From positions 19,598-83,597 of the IMG/VR virus record IMGVR_UViG_3300036829_000104: a stretch of DNA of 64,000 nucleotides, one strand, 5' to 3'. Under the pieces are notes generated by a model, which was not told the DNA's origin, searched no databases, and saw only the letters and a program-made list of their open reading frames with translations. Of the stretch, positions 45,954 through 56,643 are shown one piece after another. The stretch's first letter is position 1. Every line of letters begins with the position of its first letter. The translations under genes and the position numbers were made by a program. Source of the stretch: a virus.

Positions 45954-46439
45954 GTGGTAGCCACGCCTATCGCCGCGAGCACCCGCTACTACCCGCCCGG
46001 TACGCGCGAGGTGTACTGGGTGCCCGCGATCGCGAACACGAACGCGCCCACCCGGGCCGAGCTGGACGCGGGAACCAACCTGACCGGCGAGATCTCGGCC
46101 ATGGCCGGGTTCTCCGTCGCGTCGGCGACGGTCAGCGTCCCGGACCTGGCCAACCGGTTCGCACCGGACATCCCCGGCCAGATCACGTCGGCCAGCTCGT
46201 CGATCACCATGTACACGTCCGAGGACAGCCAGGACGTGCGGCAGCTCATGCCGCGCGACACGGCGGGCTTCGTCGTGGTGCTGTGGGAGGGCGACACGCC
46301 CGGCCGGCTGATGGACGTGTTCCCGGTGACGGTTACGTCCGCCCCGAAGGACGTCACCACGACCAACGCCGGGACCTTGACGATCGACTTCGCGGTCACG
46401 TCGGTGCCGGTCGAGAACGCGGTCATCCCCGCGTCGTGA
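45954..46439 (+). CDS. major tail (tube) protein
   Basis: APTRAELDAGTNLT...MDVFPVTV; synteny. Confidence 0.85.
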   Translation: MVATPIAASTRYYPPGTREVYWVPAIANTNAPTRAELDAGTNLTGEISAMAGFSVASATVSVPDLANRFAPDIPGQITSASSSITMYTSEDSQDVRQLMPRDTAGFVVVLWEGDTPGRLMDVFPVTVTSAPKDVTTTNAGTLTIDFAVTSVPVENAVIPAS

Positions 46440-46912
46440 GCATCAGCGTCCGCGCGTCCGGCCAGGACCTGGCGGAGGTGTCGCGCAAGCTGCGGAAGGC
46501 CGGGAACAAGGGGGCCGCGCGCCAGTTCCGCACGGAGCTGCGCGCCGCGGCTGCCCCGTTCGTCCCGGCCGTCCGCGCCTCCATCGCCGCGATCCCGGTC
46601 AAGGGCACGTCCGGGTCGACCGGGCTCCGCAAGAGCCTCCAGAAAGCCGTCACGCTGCGGGTCCGCACCACCGGCAAGAACGCCCAGGTGTCGATCCTCA
46701 TGTCCACCGCGAAGATGGCGGATGGGCACAAGGCGCTGCCCGCGATGATGGAAGGCACCAAGCGCTGGCGCCATCCCGTGTTCGGCAACGAGGACGTGTG
46801 GGTGTCGCAGGAGTCCCACCCGTACTTCTTCCCGGTGGTGCGCAAGGCTGGCCCGGCGGCGAAGGTGGCCGTGAACAAGGTCGTCGGCAACATCACCCGC
46901 GAGATCACCTAG
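46436..46912 (+). CDS. HK97 gp10-like neck protein
   Basis: Basic; WRHPVFGN..WVSQ..PYF. Confidence 0.75.
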   Translation: MSISVRASGQDLAEVSRKLRKAGNKGAARQFRTELRAAAAPFVPAVRASIAAIPVKGTSGSTGLRKSLQKAVTLRVRTTGKNAQVSILMSTAKMADGHKALPAMMEGTKRWRHPVFGNEDVWVSQESHPYFFPVVRKAGPAAKVAVNKVVGNITREIT

Positions 46913-47031
46913 CCCCCGCCAGGGCGGCATGCCGCGATCCGGCCGCGGGACCGGCGAGCGGCGGGGCGCTGCCCTGGCGGGTTCCATTTCCCGCGTTCCC
47001 GCAACCCATCCCGCATGCAAAGGAATCATCC

Positions 47032-47433
47032 ATGGCAAAGCCACTGCTGTCCCGCGCCGCGATCCTCAACGCCGACGACCTGGAGTCCGAGAACCTGGAG
47101 ATCCCCGAGTGGGGCGGCACCGTCCGCGTCCGTGCCCTGACCGGCGCCGAGCGCGACGCCTACGAGGCGTCGATGCGCCAGCAGCGCGGCCGGGAGTTCG
47201 TCGCGAACCTGGCCAACGTCCGCGCCAAGCTCGTGGTCCGCAGCGTCGTCGACCAGGCCGGCGATCGGATCTTCACCGACCAGGACGCGAACGCGCTGGG
47301 GAAGAAGTCGGCAGCGGCGCTGGACCGGATCTTCGAGTGCGCGGCGAAGCTGTCGCGACTGTCAGACGAGGACGTGGATGAGCTGGCGGGAAAATCCGGG
47401 AGCGACCAGAACGGCGATTCTACTTCCAGCTAG
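47032..47433 (+). CDS. tail assembly chaperone
   Basis: IPEWGGTVRVRALTGAERD; precedes the tape measure gene. Confidence 0.88.
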   Translation: MAKPLLSRAAILNADDLESENLEIPEWGGTVRVRALTGAERDAYEASMRQQRGREFVANLANVRAKLVVRSVVDQAGDRIFTDQDANALGKKSAAALDRIFECAAKLSRLSDEDVDELAGKSGSDQNGDSTSS

Positions 47434-47582
47434 CCGAGCGGCTCGGCTGCACCGTCCGCGAGCTGCTGCAGCGCATCGACTCTGCCGAGATCACGGAGTG
47501 GATGGCCTTCTATCGCGTGAAGGCCGAGGACGAGGAAAGCGACCGGGACGGCGGCACCGCCTGGTCGCCCGAATTTGAGTAG
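47388..47582 (+). CDS. -1 frameshift extension of the tail assembly chaperone
   Basis: Slippery GGGAAAA at 47388-47394; -1 frame reads RFYFQLAERLGCTVRELL...EITEWMAFY to TAG 47582. Confidence 0.85.
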   Translation, partial: GKIRERPERRFYFQLAERLGCTVRELLQRIDSAEITEWMAFYRVKAEDEESDRDGGTAWSPEFE

Positions 47583-47602
47583 CGGAGGGGAGGTCCCCGG
47601 CC

Positions 47603-50600
47603 ATGTCGACTGTCAGCGTCATCTATGACCTCGTCGGCCGCGACAACGTCAGCGGCACGTTCAAGAAGGCCGGGGACTCCGCCGATGGCCTGCGCGGCAC
47701 GCTCGGGACGCTCGGCAAGGCGGCCGTCGCGGCGGGCGCTGCGATCGCCGCTGGCGCGGTCGCGATCGGCGCCGAGTCCGTCAAGGCCGCGGTCCAGTTC
47801 CAGTCCAGCATGGAGAAGATCCACACGCAGGCGGGCGCCAGCCAGGGCGCGGTTGACTCGCTGACGAAAAGCGTCCTCCAGCTCGCCCCGTCCACGCAGC
47901 AAGGACCCGAGCAGCTCGCCGACTCCCTCTATCACCTGAAGTCCGTCGGCATGGACAACGCCGACGCGATGAAAGCGCTGAAGACCGCGTCCGACCTGGC
48001 GGCCGTCGGCGGCGCGAACCTGGAGGACACCACCAACGCGCTCGCCGGGGCGTGGCGGTCGGGGATCCGCGGCGCAACGGACTTCGGCAGCGCGGCCAGC
48101 ACAGTCAACGCCATCATCGGCGCGGGCAACATGCGGATGAGCGACTTTGTCGAGGCCATCGGCACCGGCATCCTTCCCTCGGCGAAGACGTTCGGGCTGT
48201 CGCTGTCGCAGGTGGGCTCCGCGCTCGCGCTGATGACGGACGAGGGCGTGCCCGCCGTCGACGCCGCGACACGGCTGCGGATGTCGTTCTCGCTGCTCGG
48301 CGCCCCGTCCGCCGCAGCGGACAAGGTGCTGAAGTCGATCGGCCTGTCCGGGCTCCAGCTGGCCAACGCGATGCGCGGACCGCAGGGCCTCATCGGCGCG
48401 ATCAGCCTGCTGAAGGACCACCTCGACGCTAGCGGCATGTCCGCGTCGAAGCAGGCGCAGATCATCAGCGCCGCGTTCGGCGGCGGCCGGTCCAGCTCGG
48501 CGATCATGACGATGCTGAACAACCTGGACGTGCTGGAGAAAAAACAGCAGCAGATCAACGACACGACCGGGAAGTACGGGTCAGCGGTCGCGGCGCAGAG
48601 ACAGACAGCGCAGGCCCAGTTCGCCATCCTGCGGTCGTCGATCGACACGCTGGGGATCCAGCTCGGCCTGGACCTGCTGCCACCGGTGACGGCGTTCGTG
48701 AAATACCTCGCGAAGACGGCGGTCCCGGCGGTCGCGAACTTCGCGCACACGCTCAAGTCCATCATCCCTGTCGATGCGATCAAGAGCGACTTCGACAAGG
48801 CGATGTCGTGGATCGACAAGCTGTTCGGCATCGACCAGAAGCCGAAGCCGGTCACGGTGCCGGTGAAGCTCGGGCCCGTGGTGGGCGGCATGAAGGCCCA
48901 GATCTTCAACGCGCCGGTTACGGTCCCGGCAAAGCTCGGCCCGGTCGTCGGCGGCACGAGCGCGCTGTACAACCTGCCCGCGACCACAGTCCAGGCCCGG
49001 CTGGGGCCGAAGATCGGCGGGACAGAGCAGATCTTCAACGCGCTGCCCGGCCAGGCGAAGAAGTCCGCGAGCAACTTCGCGGACACCCTGACCAGCGCGG
49101 TCAAGAAGGTCAACTGGGGCACGGTGTTCGCCGACGTGCTCCGCGGGGCAGTGAGCGGCGCGCAGCAGATCGGTGCGGCGTTCGTCGACTTGCTCGGGAA
49201 GATCAACTGGACGCAGGTGGGCGGAGCGGCTGCGAAGGTCATGGTCGGCCTCGTCGTCGGGATCTTCAACGGCCTCCTCCCGGCGATCCTGGACGAGGCG
49301 ATACATCACCCGCTCGACATGCTCCAGTTCGTCCTGGCGCTGATCCCGATCGGGCGGGCCGCCGGGATCCTCATCGACGTGCTCGACAAGGTCCCGTTCA
49401 TCGGCCCGCTGGCGAAGTTCTTCCTCGGCCCGGTCGCGAAGGTCGGGGACATGGTCGAGTCCGCGCTCGGGTCGATGCTTAAGAAGGTATTCGGCCCGGT
49501 CGCTGACCGGATCGGCGGATTTTTCAAGGGCGTCGGCTCGTGGCTGGCCGGCAAGGGCGAGTCCATCATCCTCGGCCTCTGGTACGGCGCGGAGGACGCC
49601 TGGGGAACCGTCGCCCGGTGGCTCGGCAAGTTCGGGGATTTCATCCTCGCCCCGTTCAAGGCGGCCGGGAAGTGGCTGCTCGAGAAGGGCTCGGACATCC
49701 TGTCCGGCCTGTGGGACGGCCTGAAGATCGCCTGGAACTGGGTCATCGGGTGGGTCGGGAAAATCGGCGGCTGGCTGCTCAGGCCCTACGCCAAGGCCGG
49801 AACATGGCTCCTCAGCAAGGGGCGGGACATCATCTCGGGCCTGTGGGACGGGCTGAAGGCGGCCTGGAACTGGCTCTGGTCGTGGATCACGAAGATCGGC
49901 GGCTGGATCGGCGGCGTCTTCGCCAAGGCCGGGAGCTGGCTGCTGGGTCACGGCCGTGACATCATCTCCGGGCTCTGGAACGGGCTGAAGGGCCAGTGGT
50001 CCGCCGCGTGGTCGTGGATCACGAAGATCGGCGGCTGGATCGGCGGCGTCTTCGCCAAGGCGGGCTCGTGGCTCGTCGGGCACGGCGGCGACATCATCTC
50101 CGGCCTGAAGAACGGCATGTTCAATGCCATGAAGGACATCGGCGGCTGGATCAAGACGTATGTGGTCGACCCGGTAGTGAACGCGGTCAAGCACTTCTTC
50201 GGCATCAAGAGCCCGTCCACCGTCATGGCCGGTCTCGGCGGCCACCTGATGAGCGGTCTGTTCAAGGGGATGATGGGCGCCGACCTGACCGGCATGATCC
50301 AGCAGATCTTCGGATCGATGCCGGACGCGCTCGGCGCCATCGTCCAGAAGGGCCTCGTGTCCATCACGAGCCTGCCGTCGAAGGCGCTGGATGCGATCGG
50401 CGGACTGGCAGGCAAGGGCGCCTCGTGGCTCAGCGGCCTGCTCGGCATCGGCGGCGGCGGCGGAGGCGGCAACGCCGGAAACCAGGCGATCGGCAAGGCG
50501 ATGGCCGCGGCGATGGGCTGGACCGGCGGCCAGTGGACCGCGCTGCAGGCGCTGTGGAACCGGGAGTCCGGCTGGAACGCGCTCGCCAAGAACCCGTCCA

Positions 50601-51025
50601 GCGGCGCGTACGGCATCCCTCAGTCCCTGCCCGCGTCGAAGATGGCCAGCGCCGGGGCGGACTGGCTGACGAACGCGGCCACTCAGATCAAGTGGGGCCT
50701 CGGCTACATCGCGGCGACGTACGGGTCGCCCGCGGCTGCGTGGGCGCACGAGACGGCCGCGGGCTGGTACGGGCACGGCGGCAAGTTCGCCGCGGGGCAG
50801 CTGATCGGCGTCGGGGACCGCGGGCGCGAGCTGGTCAGCTTCGACCAGCCCGGCACCGTCCTGTCGCCGGAGCAGTCCGCGGCACTGGCGGCCAAGGGCC
50901 GGAGCGGCGATGGTCCGCTCGTCGGCACGCTGAACGTCAACCATGTGCCCGGTTTCACCACCACGAAGGACATCGAGAACGCGCTGACCATGGCCTCGCG
51001 CCAGGTGCGCCTTGGCCGGCGGTAG
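47603..51025 (+). CDS. tape measure protein with C-terminal lytic transglycosylase domain
   Basis: 1140 aa, Trp-periodic repeats; RESGWN...SGAYGIPQ...QIKWGLGYI...YG. Confidence 0.95.
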   Translation: MSTVSVIYDLVGRDNVSGTFKKAGDSADGLRGTLGTLGKAAVAAGAAIAAGAVAIGAESVKAAVQFQSSMEKIHTQAGASQGAVDSLTKSVLQLAPSTQQGPEQLADSLYHLKSVGMDNADAMKALKTASDLAAVGGANLEDTTNALAGAWRSGIRGATDFGSAASTVNAIIGAGNMRMSDFVEAIGTGILPSAKTFGLSLSQVGSALALMTDEGVPAVDAATRLRMSFSLLGAPSAAADKVLKSIGLSGLQLANAMRGPQGLIGAISLLKDHLDASGMSASKQAQIISAAFGGGRSSSAIMTMLNNLDVLEKKQQQINDTTGKYGSAVAAQRQTAQAQFAILRSSIDTLGIQLGLDLLPPVTAFVKYLAKTAVPAVANFAHTLKSIIPVDAIKSDFDKAMSWIDKLFGIDQKPKPVTVPVKLGPVVGGMKAQIFNAPVTVPAKLGPVVGGTSALYNLPATTVQARLGPKIGGTEQIFNALPGQAKKSASNFADTLTSAVKKVNWGTVFADVLRGAVSGAQQIGAAFVDLLGKINWTQVGGAAAKVMVGLVVGIFNGLLPAILDEAIHHPLDMLQFVLALIPIGRAAGILIDVLDKVPFIGPLAKFFLGPVAKVGDMVESALGSMLKKVFGPVADRIGGFFKGVGSWLAGKGESIILGLWYGAEDAWGTVARWLGKFGDFILAPFKAAGKWLLEKGSDILSGLWDGLKIAWNWVIGWVGKIGGWLLRPYAKAGTWLLSKGRDIISGLWDGLKAAWNWLWSWITKIGGWIGGVFAKAGSWLLGHGRDIISGLWNGLKGQWSAAWSWITKIGGWIGGVFAKAGSWLVGHGGDIISGLKNGMFNAMKDIGGWIKTYVVDPVVNAVKHFFGIKSPSTVMAGLGGHLMSGLFKGMMGADLTGMIQQIFGSMPDALGAIVQKGLVSITSLPSKALDAIGGLAGKGASWLSGLLGIGGGGGGGNAGNQAIGKAMAAAMGWTGGQWTALQALWNRESGWNALAKNPSSGAYGIPQSLPASKMASAGADWLTNAATQIKWGLGYIAATYGSPAAAWAHETAAGWYGHGGKFAAGQLIGVGDRGRELVSFDQPGTVLSPEQSAALAAKGRSGDGPLVGTLNVNHVPGFTTTKDIENALTMASRQVRLGRR

Positions 51026-51955
51026 GTGACGGTGACGAGTCCGTGGGCATCCAAGAGCATCACCTGGACGTCAGCGGCCGGGGTGACGATCGGCCTGACC
51101 GACAGCGCGGGCGGCTACGTCAGCACGACGGGCCGCGCCGGGTTCGGCCCGGTGGACGCGCAGATCGTCTCCGACCAGATGTGGGACGGGTCCACGCTGG
51201 TGCGCACGCATCGCGTTCAGCCGCGCCTTATGTCAGTGCCGCTGTACGTGATGGGGCCGGATGCGGACACCTACCTCGCCCGGCTCCGTGCCCTCCAGGC
51301 GACGTTCCGCCACCCGGTGGACCCGTCGACCGGACTGCCGGTGCCCGGCCGGATCACGGTGCAGCTGCCGGACGGGTCGGCGCGGTCGATCGGCGCCTAC
51401 TATCAGGGCGGCGGCGCGCCGACGGAGAGCGACGTCGATGACGTGGCGGCCGGGTGGGTGCCGCTGCCTAACCTGCAGTTTTACGCGCCGGTCCCGACGT
51501 GGGAGGGCGACACGTCCAGCCGGACGTGGCAGCTCGCTCCGTCGTCGTCCGGGGTGCCCCCGATGCCGCCGGTGCTGCTCGGCTCCGGCGCGGTCATCGG
51601 GTCGACGACGGTCACGAACCCGGGCGACACGGACGCCTACCCCATCTGGACGATCACCGGCCCGGGGACGGTGACGATCGAGAACGCCGACAGCGGCCAG
51701 TCGTACTCGTTCAAGCAGGCGATCCCCGCGGGCACGACCGTGACCGTGGACTGCCGGCCGGTGGAGCTCGCCCCGTCGACGGGGCTCACGGCTACCGACC
51801 AGACGGGCGCGGACTGGTGGCCGAACCTCGCGGATTACCCGGACTTCTGGCCGCTGCCGCCGGGTGACACGAACCTGTCCATCACGGTTACCGGCGCCAC
51901 GGCGGCGAGTGCGGTGACGGTGGAGTTCGCGCCGAGGTATCTCGGCGCATGGTGA
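51026..51955 (+). CDS. distal tail protein
   Basis: NPGD...P.WTITGPG; FWPLPPG.T; follows the tape measure gene. Confidence 0.85.
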   Translation: MTVTSPWASKSITWTSAAGVTIGLTDSAGGYVSTTGRAGFGPVDAQIVSDQMWDGSTLVRTHRVQPRLMSVPLYVMGPDADTYLARLRALQATFRHPVDPSTGLPVPGRITVQLPDGSARSIGAYYQGGGAPTESDVDDVAAGWVPLPNLQFYAPVPTWEGDTSSRTWQLAPSSSGVPPMPPVLLGSGAVIGSTTVTNPGDTDAYPIWTITGPGTVTIENADSGQSYSFKQAIPAGTTVTVDCRPVELAPSTGLTATDQTGADWWPNLADYPDFWPLPPGDTNLSITVTGATAASAVTVEFAPRYLGAW

Positions 51956-53142
51956 GCCAGGAGTGGCAGGTCATCGCCCGCGACCCGGACCTGAACCGCC
52001 GCGGCTACCTGCCGTGGAAGACGCTCACCCTGGACCACCGGCACGCCGACGTGTCGAGCTGGACGCTAACGCTGCCCGCGATCCCGTCGGTGCTGTCCAA
52101 GATCGATCCGGGCTGGGGCGTGATCCTGCTGCGCTACGGGCAGGAGCTGCTGTCAGGCCCGCTCGAGGACGACGGCCCGCGCTCGTGGACGGCCGCTGAT
52201 GACGGCGGCCCGGGGACGCTGACCGTCACCGGCGCCGACGACCTCGCCATCGTCGCGAACGAGCTCGCCTACCCGGACCCGGCGAAGAACGCGGCCGGGC
52301 AGCTGAACGGCACCTACCAGGACACGCAGACATCGCTGGCCGCCGAGACAGTCATCAAGCACTACGTGTCCGCGAACGTCGGCAGCACGCGCGCGACGGC
52401 CCGCGGGGACGCGTCCGCGCCGCAGGCCCGCACGGTCACCGTGGCGACGGACCAGGCGCGCGGCGACATCGTCAGCTTCTCGGCCCGGTTCAACGGGCTG
52501 CTGGACATCATCCAGACCATCAGCCAGGCCGGGTCGAACCTCGGCGCCGAGGTGCTGCAGTCCGGCAGCTCGCTCGTGTTCGACGTGTACGAGCCGCGTG
52601 ACCTGTCGGCCCGGATGCGGTTCTCCCGCGAGTCCGGGACGCTGATCTCCGCGTCCACCACCGTCAGCATGCCGACGCTCACGCACGCCGTGGTGCTCGG
52701 CTCCGGCAGCGACAACGCGCAGGTGGTCACCGAGGTCGATGACTCCGCCTCGGCGCAGTCGTGGCGGATGATCGTCCGGCAGACAGTGGACTCCTCGAGC
52801 ACGTCGGACGCGACGCAGCTGACGCAGGCCGGGCAGGCGGCGCTCACCGCGGGGGCGAGGCAGTACGCGCGGGACTGCACGATCGTGGAGACGCCGCAGG
52901 TCCGCTACCCGGCGACGGTGCGCCGCGGCGACATCGTGACGATCGTCGACCCGACACGGCCGGGCACGGTGATCACCGACGTGATCTCCAGCGTGCATAT
53001 CGAGGCGGACGCCAGCGCCGGGACGCGGCTGATCCAGTTCAACGTGGGCACCAGCACGCAGACCGCGACCGGCAACGACCTGACCAACCAGCTGACCATC
53101 GTGAAGCGCAAGGTCAACGAGCTTCAGAAGAGGACCCCCTGA
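51949..53142 (+). CDS. baseplate hub / Gp37-like minor tail protein
   Basis: Synteny; FDVYEPRDLS, GDIVT. Confidence 0.8.
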   Translation: MVSQEWQVIARDPDLNRRGYLPWKTLTLDHRHADVSSWTLTLPAIPSVLSKIDPGWGVILLRYGQELLSGPLEDDGPRSWTAADDGGPGTLTVTGADDLAIVANELAYPDPAKNAAGQLNGTYQDTQTSLAAETVIKHYVSANVGSTRATARGDASAPQARTVTVATDQARGDIVSFSARFNGLLDIIQTISQAGSNLGAEVLQSGSSLVFDVYEPRDLSARMRFSRESGTLISASTTVSMPTLTHAVVLGSGSDNAQVVTEVDDSASAQSWRMIVRQTVDSSSTSDATQLTQAGQAALTAGARQYARDCTIVETPQVRYPATVRRGDIVTIVDPTRPGTVITDVISSVHIEADASAGTRLIQFNVGTSTQTATGNDLTNQLTIVKRKVNELQKRTP

Positions 53143-54122
53143 TGGCCACCGATGATGCGTATCCGCTCCCCGGCCAGTCCGCGATGTCGACGATCGGCCA
53201 GTGGGAGGAGTTTTTCCATCCCGCGTTCGGGTCCGGCATTATCAGCGGCGAGGGCTCGGAGATGGCGCCGAGCCTGGATTCGTCCGGCCGCAATATCGTG
53301 ATCCAGGCGGGCGGAGCGATCGTCCGGGCGTTCTACAAGCCGGTCTCGGCGGCGACCTTTACGCCGATCCCGGCGGCGTCGTCGCAGAACCGGATCGACC
53401 GCCTGGTGCTGCGGCTGAACCGGGCCTCGTCCACCACGGCCGGGTTCATCGTCCCGACGGTCATCACGGGCACCCCGTCATCCAGTCCGCAGGTCCCGGC
53501 GGTCACGCAGACGAGCGGCGGCCTGTGGGACCTGCCGATCGCCCACTGGACCAGCGCGTCCAACGGGTCGCTGTCCGGCCTCGTCGACGAGCGGATGAAG
53601 ATCTCCAGCCCGATGGCGGTCATGAACTCGACGGCGGGCACGCCGGCCCTGGACCGGGCGGCGCTGCTCATCCAGCCGGACACCGGCGACCTGCTCGTGT
53701 CGTCCACGCCCGGCGGGGCATGGAAAACCGTCTGGGTGGACGACGACTGGCAGGAAGGCGGCAACGGGCTGAACGGCTGGACAGCCCAGGCGCACCCCAC
53801 GAACTACTTCATCTACAAGTTCGCCGCCCCGGGCCTGGTCGTCGCCGAGTTCAACCTGGGCGCCCCCGGCGGCACCTCCGGCAACGACGACGGAACGCAG
53901 GTCCTCGCCAGCCCGCTGCACGCGGATTACTGGCCGACGCAAGACCGGGTGCTGCCCGCCCACACCGACTACCAGCGGAACCTGCCCACCAGCCAGTTCA
54001 GCAACAACGAGTCGTCATGCCTGCGGGTCAGTGCCGCCGGAATCGTGAGCTGCTTCGGGTTCGCGACCGCCGCGACCTTCGCCTTTGGCGGCGGCGTCTA
54101 CTCGGTCGGCTCGCCCTACTAA
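53142..54122 (+). CDS. minor tail protein
   Basis: NRIDRLVLRL...GTP...WDLPIA. Confidence 0.8.
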   Translation: MATDDAYPLPGQSAMSTIGQWEEFFHPAFGSGIISGEGSEMAPSLDSSGRNIVIQAGGAIVRAFYKPVSAATFTPIPAASSQNRIDRLVLRLNRASSTTAGFIVPTVITGTPSSSPQVPAVTQTSGGLWDLPIAHWTSASNGSLSGLVDERMKISSPMAVMNSTAGTPALDRAALLIQPDTGDLLVSSTPGGAWKTVWVDDDWQEGGNGLNGWTAQAHPTNYFIYKFAAPGLVVAEFNLGAPGGTSGNDDGTQVLASPLHADYWPTQDRVLPAHTDYQRNLPTSQFSNNESSCLRVSAAGIVSCFGFATAATFAFGGGVYSVGSPY

Positions 54123-54136
54123 AGGAGACAGCAAGG

Positions 54137-56611
54137 ATGCCCTTCCCCACGGACCTGACCATCATCACGGTGACCGCCACCTACGAGGCGATCGACGGCA
54201 GCCTGGCATCCGGCGGGACGGTCACGTTCGACCCCGGCGGCGTCATCGCCGACAACATCGGGAAGGCGATCTTCGACAGGCCCGCCACTGCCACCGTCCA
54301 GAACGGGACGATCAGCGTGCAGTTGCCGGCCACCGACAACGCGAACCTGAACCCGACCGGGTTCAGCTACGCGGTGACGGAAAAGATCAACGGCACGACC
54401 TCCCGCGCGTACACGATCCAGCTTCCGTCCAGCCTCGGCACCACCGTAGACCTGGCCCAGCTCACGCCCGTCGCCCAGCCGCCGGCGCCCACCGCGCAGG
54501 CAGGCGGCGACCTGTCCGGTGCCTACCCCAACCCGACCGTGACCGGCACCCACCTGGCCGCGCCGCTGCCACCTGTGCAGGGCGGCACGGGCCTGGCCGC
54601 CGCGGGCAGCAACGGCGAAGTCCTCACCGCTGACGGGACCGGCGGAATTTCGTGGCAGCCTGCCGGGACCAGCGCCGTCGGCGGCGACCTGACGGGCAGT
54701 CTCCCGTCCCCGGAAGTTGCCGCCACCCACCTCGCTGAGCCGCTCCCCGTTGACCAGGGCGGCACGGGCATAGCGGCGGCCGGGGCCACGGGAACCGTCC
54801 TCACCGCTGACGGGACCGGCGGAATGTCATTCCAGCCTGTCTCCGGTGCCCTGATGCCCGCCGCCGTGCAGACGGCCGCCTACAACGCGGAACCCGGCGA
54901 CCTCGTCCCGTGCGACATCTCCGGCGGATCACTCACCGTCACCCTGCCGCAGGCCCCGCCCGCGGGGACCACGGTCGCGGTCATGATCACCGCGGCATCC
55001 GGCGGTCACATGCTCACCGTCGCCGCCCAGGGCGCAGACACGTTCAACACTGCGGGCAGCCCCGCCGCGGTCACGCTGTCGGCACCGCACCAGGCCGCCG
55101 CCTTCCGGTACTCCAGCGGATTCTGGTACACGGCCAGCGCCGGGCCGGACTGGCTGAACGTGAGGGCGTACGGGGCGAAGGGCGACGGCGTCACCGACGA
55201 CACCGCCGCGATCACCGCCGCGATCACCGCGGCGGTACCCGGACAGGTCGTATACCTGCCTGCGGGCACATACCTCCTGGGCGGTGCCGGCGGCATCACC
55301 CTGGCGGCAGTTGGAACACGACTGACCGGGGACGGCCCGAACGCCACCGTCATCAAGATCGGCTCGCCGTTCACCGGCACCGCGGCTATCACCCTGGACG
55401 CGGAGGCATGCGCCGCCGAGAACCTGACGGTCGCCGGCCCCTCCTCGTCTACCGCATCAAACCCGGCCGCAGACGCCATCTACCTGAACGGCCGCCGGTT
55501 CTGCCGTGTCCGCAACGTCGAGTTCGAATACATCAACGGCTGGTGCGTCAACTCCATCGCCACCGCTACGCACGCCGGCAACGCCACCATGCTCGACAGC
55601 CTCTCCTCGTACAAGAACTGCGCCGGCGGCATTCACATCCAGTCCGTCTCCGGTGTCACCTGGGCCGCCCAGCACTTCATGTCCAACCTGAACTTCCAGG
55701 GCGTAGGCGTCGGCTCCGGCTCGAAGGCGAACCTGGACGTGTTCTGCTTCGAGGACTGCTGGGACATCGTGGCGTCCAACTTCAACGCGTCAGTGTCCAA
55801 TGCGTCGTCCGGCTCGACGCTGCACGTCAAGGGCAACTGCGCCACCTGCTACTTCTCGAACATGGACATCGGCACCTACCCGAACGGTGCCAGCGAGACA
55901 TGTGACGTGATCCGGATCGATTCGTCGGCCAACGGGTCGCCGTCCGACATCCGCTTCACCCAAGGTGCCGCCCAGCAGGGCCGGTACGGGCTGAACCTGT
56001 CCGCCGGGAAGAAGATCTACTTCTGCAGCTACCGGTTCTTCAACAACTACTCGCACGGGGCTGTCGTCTCGGCCGCGGGCGGGCAGGAAATCGAGTTCCT
56101 GCGGTGCGGGTTCAACCTCAACGGGCAAGGCGCGTCCGGCACCAACTACGACCTCGAATGGACCGGCAGCAATATCGGTGACGTGACCGCCTGCATGTTT
56201 TCGTCCCCGCTCGTCGCCTCCGGCACCGCCGGCGTGCAGGCGGCAATGGACTTCACGGGGGCCGGGCACGTCACCGTCGGCGGCGGCAGCTCCTCCGGAG
56301 GCGGAGCGACCGCGTCCAACACGTTCGCGACCGCCCCGTGGCGGTCCCGGAACTTCGCGCCGTACAACCCGCGCGGCGCGGTAACCGTCTCCGTGCCCGC
56401 GTCCGGGTCGGCGACCGCCGCTTCCCCCTCGGATGCCTACTACTACATCACGGCCGGGTCCGGCGGGTGCACGTGCAAGGTCTCCGGTGCCGCGGCCAGC
56501 GGGAACATCGTCATCCCCGCATCCGGCATGGGGACCGTGTTCGTGCCGGCCGGGCAGACCCTCACCGTCACCTATACGACCGCTCCCACATGGGTGGTGT
56601 ACGGCAACTAG
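54137..56611 (+). CDS. tail fibre/spike with pectate-lyase-like beta-helix
   Basis: Two GGDL.G..P.P.V repeats; NVRAYGAKGDGVTDDTAAI...VYLPAGTY. Confidence 0.85.
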   Translation: MPFPTDLTIITVTATYEAIDGSLASGGTVTFDPGGVIADNIGKAIFDRPATATVQNGTISVQLPATDNANLNPTGFSYAVTEKINGTTSRAYTIQLPSSLGTTVDLAQLTPVAQPPAPTAQAGGDLSGAYPNPTVTGTHLAAPLPPVQGGTGLAAAGSNGEVLTADGTGGISWQPAGTSAVGGDLTGSLPSPEVAATHLAEPLPVDQGGTGIAAAGATGTVLTADGTGGMSFQPVSGALMPAAVQTAAYNAEPGDLVPCDISGGSLTVTLPQAPPAGTTVAVMITAASGGHMLTVAAQGADTFNTAGSPAAVTLSAPHQAAAFRYSSGFWYTASAGPDWLNVRAYGAKGDGVTDDTAAITAAITAAVPGQVVYLPAGTYLLGGAGGITLAAVGTRLTGDGPNATVIKIGSPFTGTAAITLDAEACAAENLTVAGPSSSTASNPAADAIYLNGRRFCRVRNVEFEYINGWCVNSIATATHAGNATMLDSLSSYKNCAGGIHIQSVSGVTWAAQHFMSNLNFQGVGVGSGSKANLDVFCFEDCWDIVASNFNASVSNASSGSTLHVKGNCATCYFSNMDIGTYPNGASETCDVIRIDSSANGSPSDIRFTQGAAQQGRYGLNLSAGKKIYFCSYRFFNNYSHGAVVSAAGGQEIEFLRCGFNLNGQGASGTNYDLEWTGSNIGDVTACMFSSPLVASGTAGVQAAMDFTGAGHVTVGGGSSSGGGATASNTFATAPWRSRNFAPYNPRGAVTVSVPASGSATAASPSDAYYYITAGSGGCTCKVSGAAASGNIVIPASGMGTVFVPAGQTLTVTYTTAPTWVVYGN

Positions 56612-56643
56612 GCCGCACCCGTTTCCAGCACCGGGGGGTGTTC

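Noticed and set aside
47378-47578. Listed 66-aa ORF as the chaperone extension
   Set aside because: Wrong frame; the -1 frame ending at 47582 gives the typical extension
35359-50944. Long minus-strand ORFs (35359..37401, 40690..43389, 48581..50944)
   Set aside because: Antisense shadows of high-GC structural genes with Arg/Pro-rich translations and no motifs
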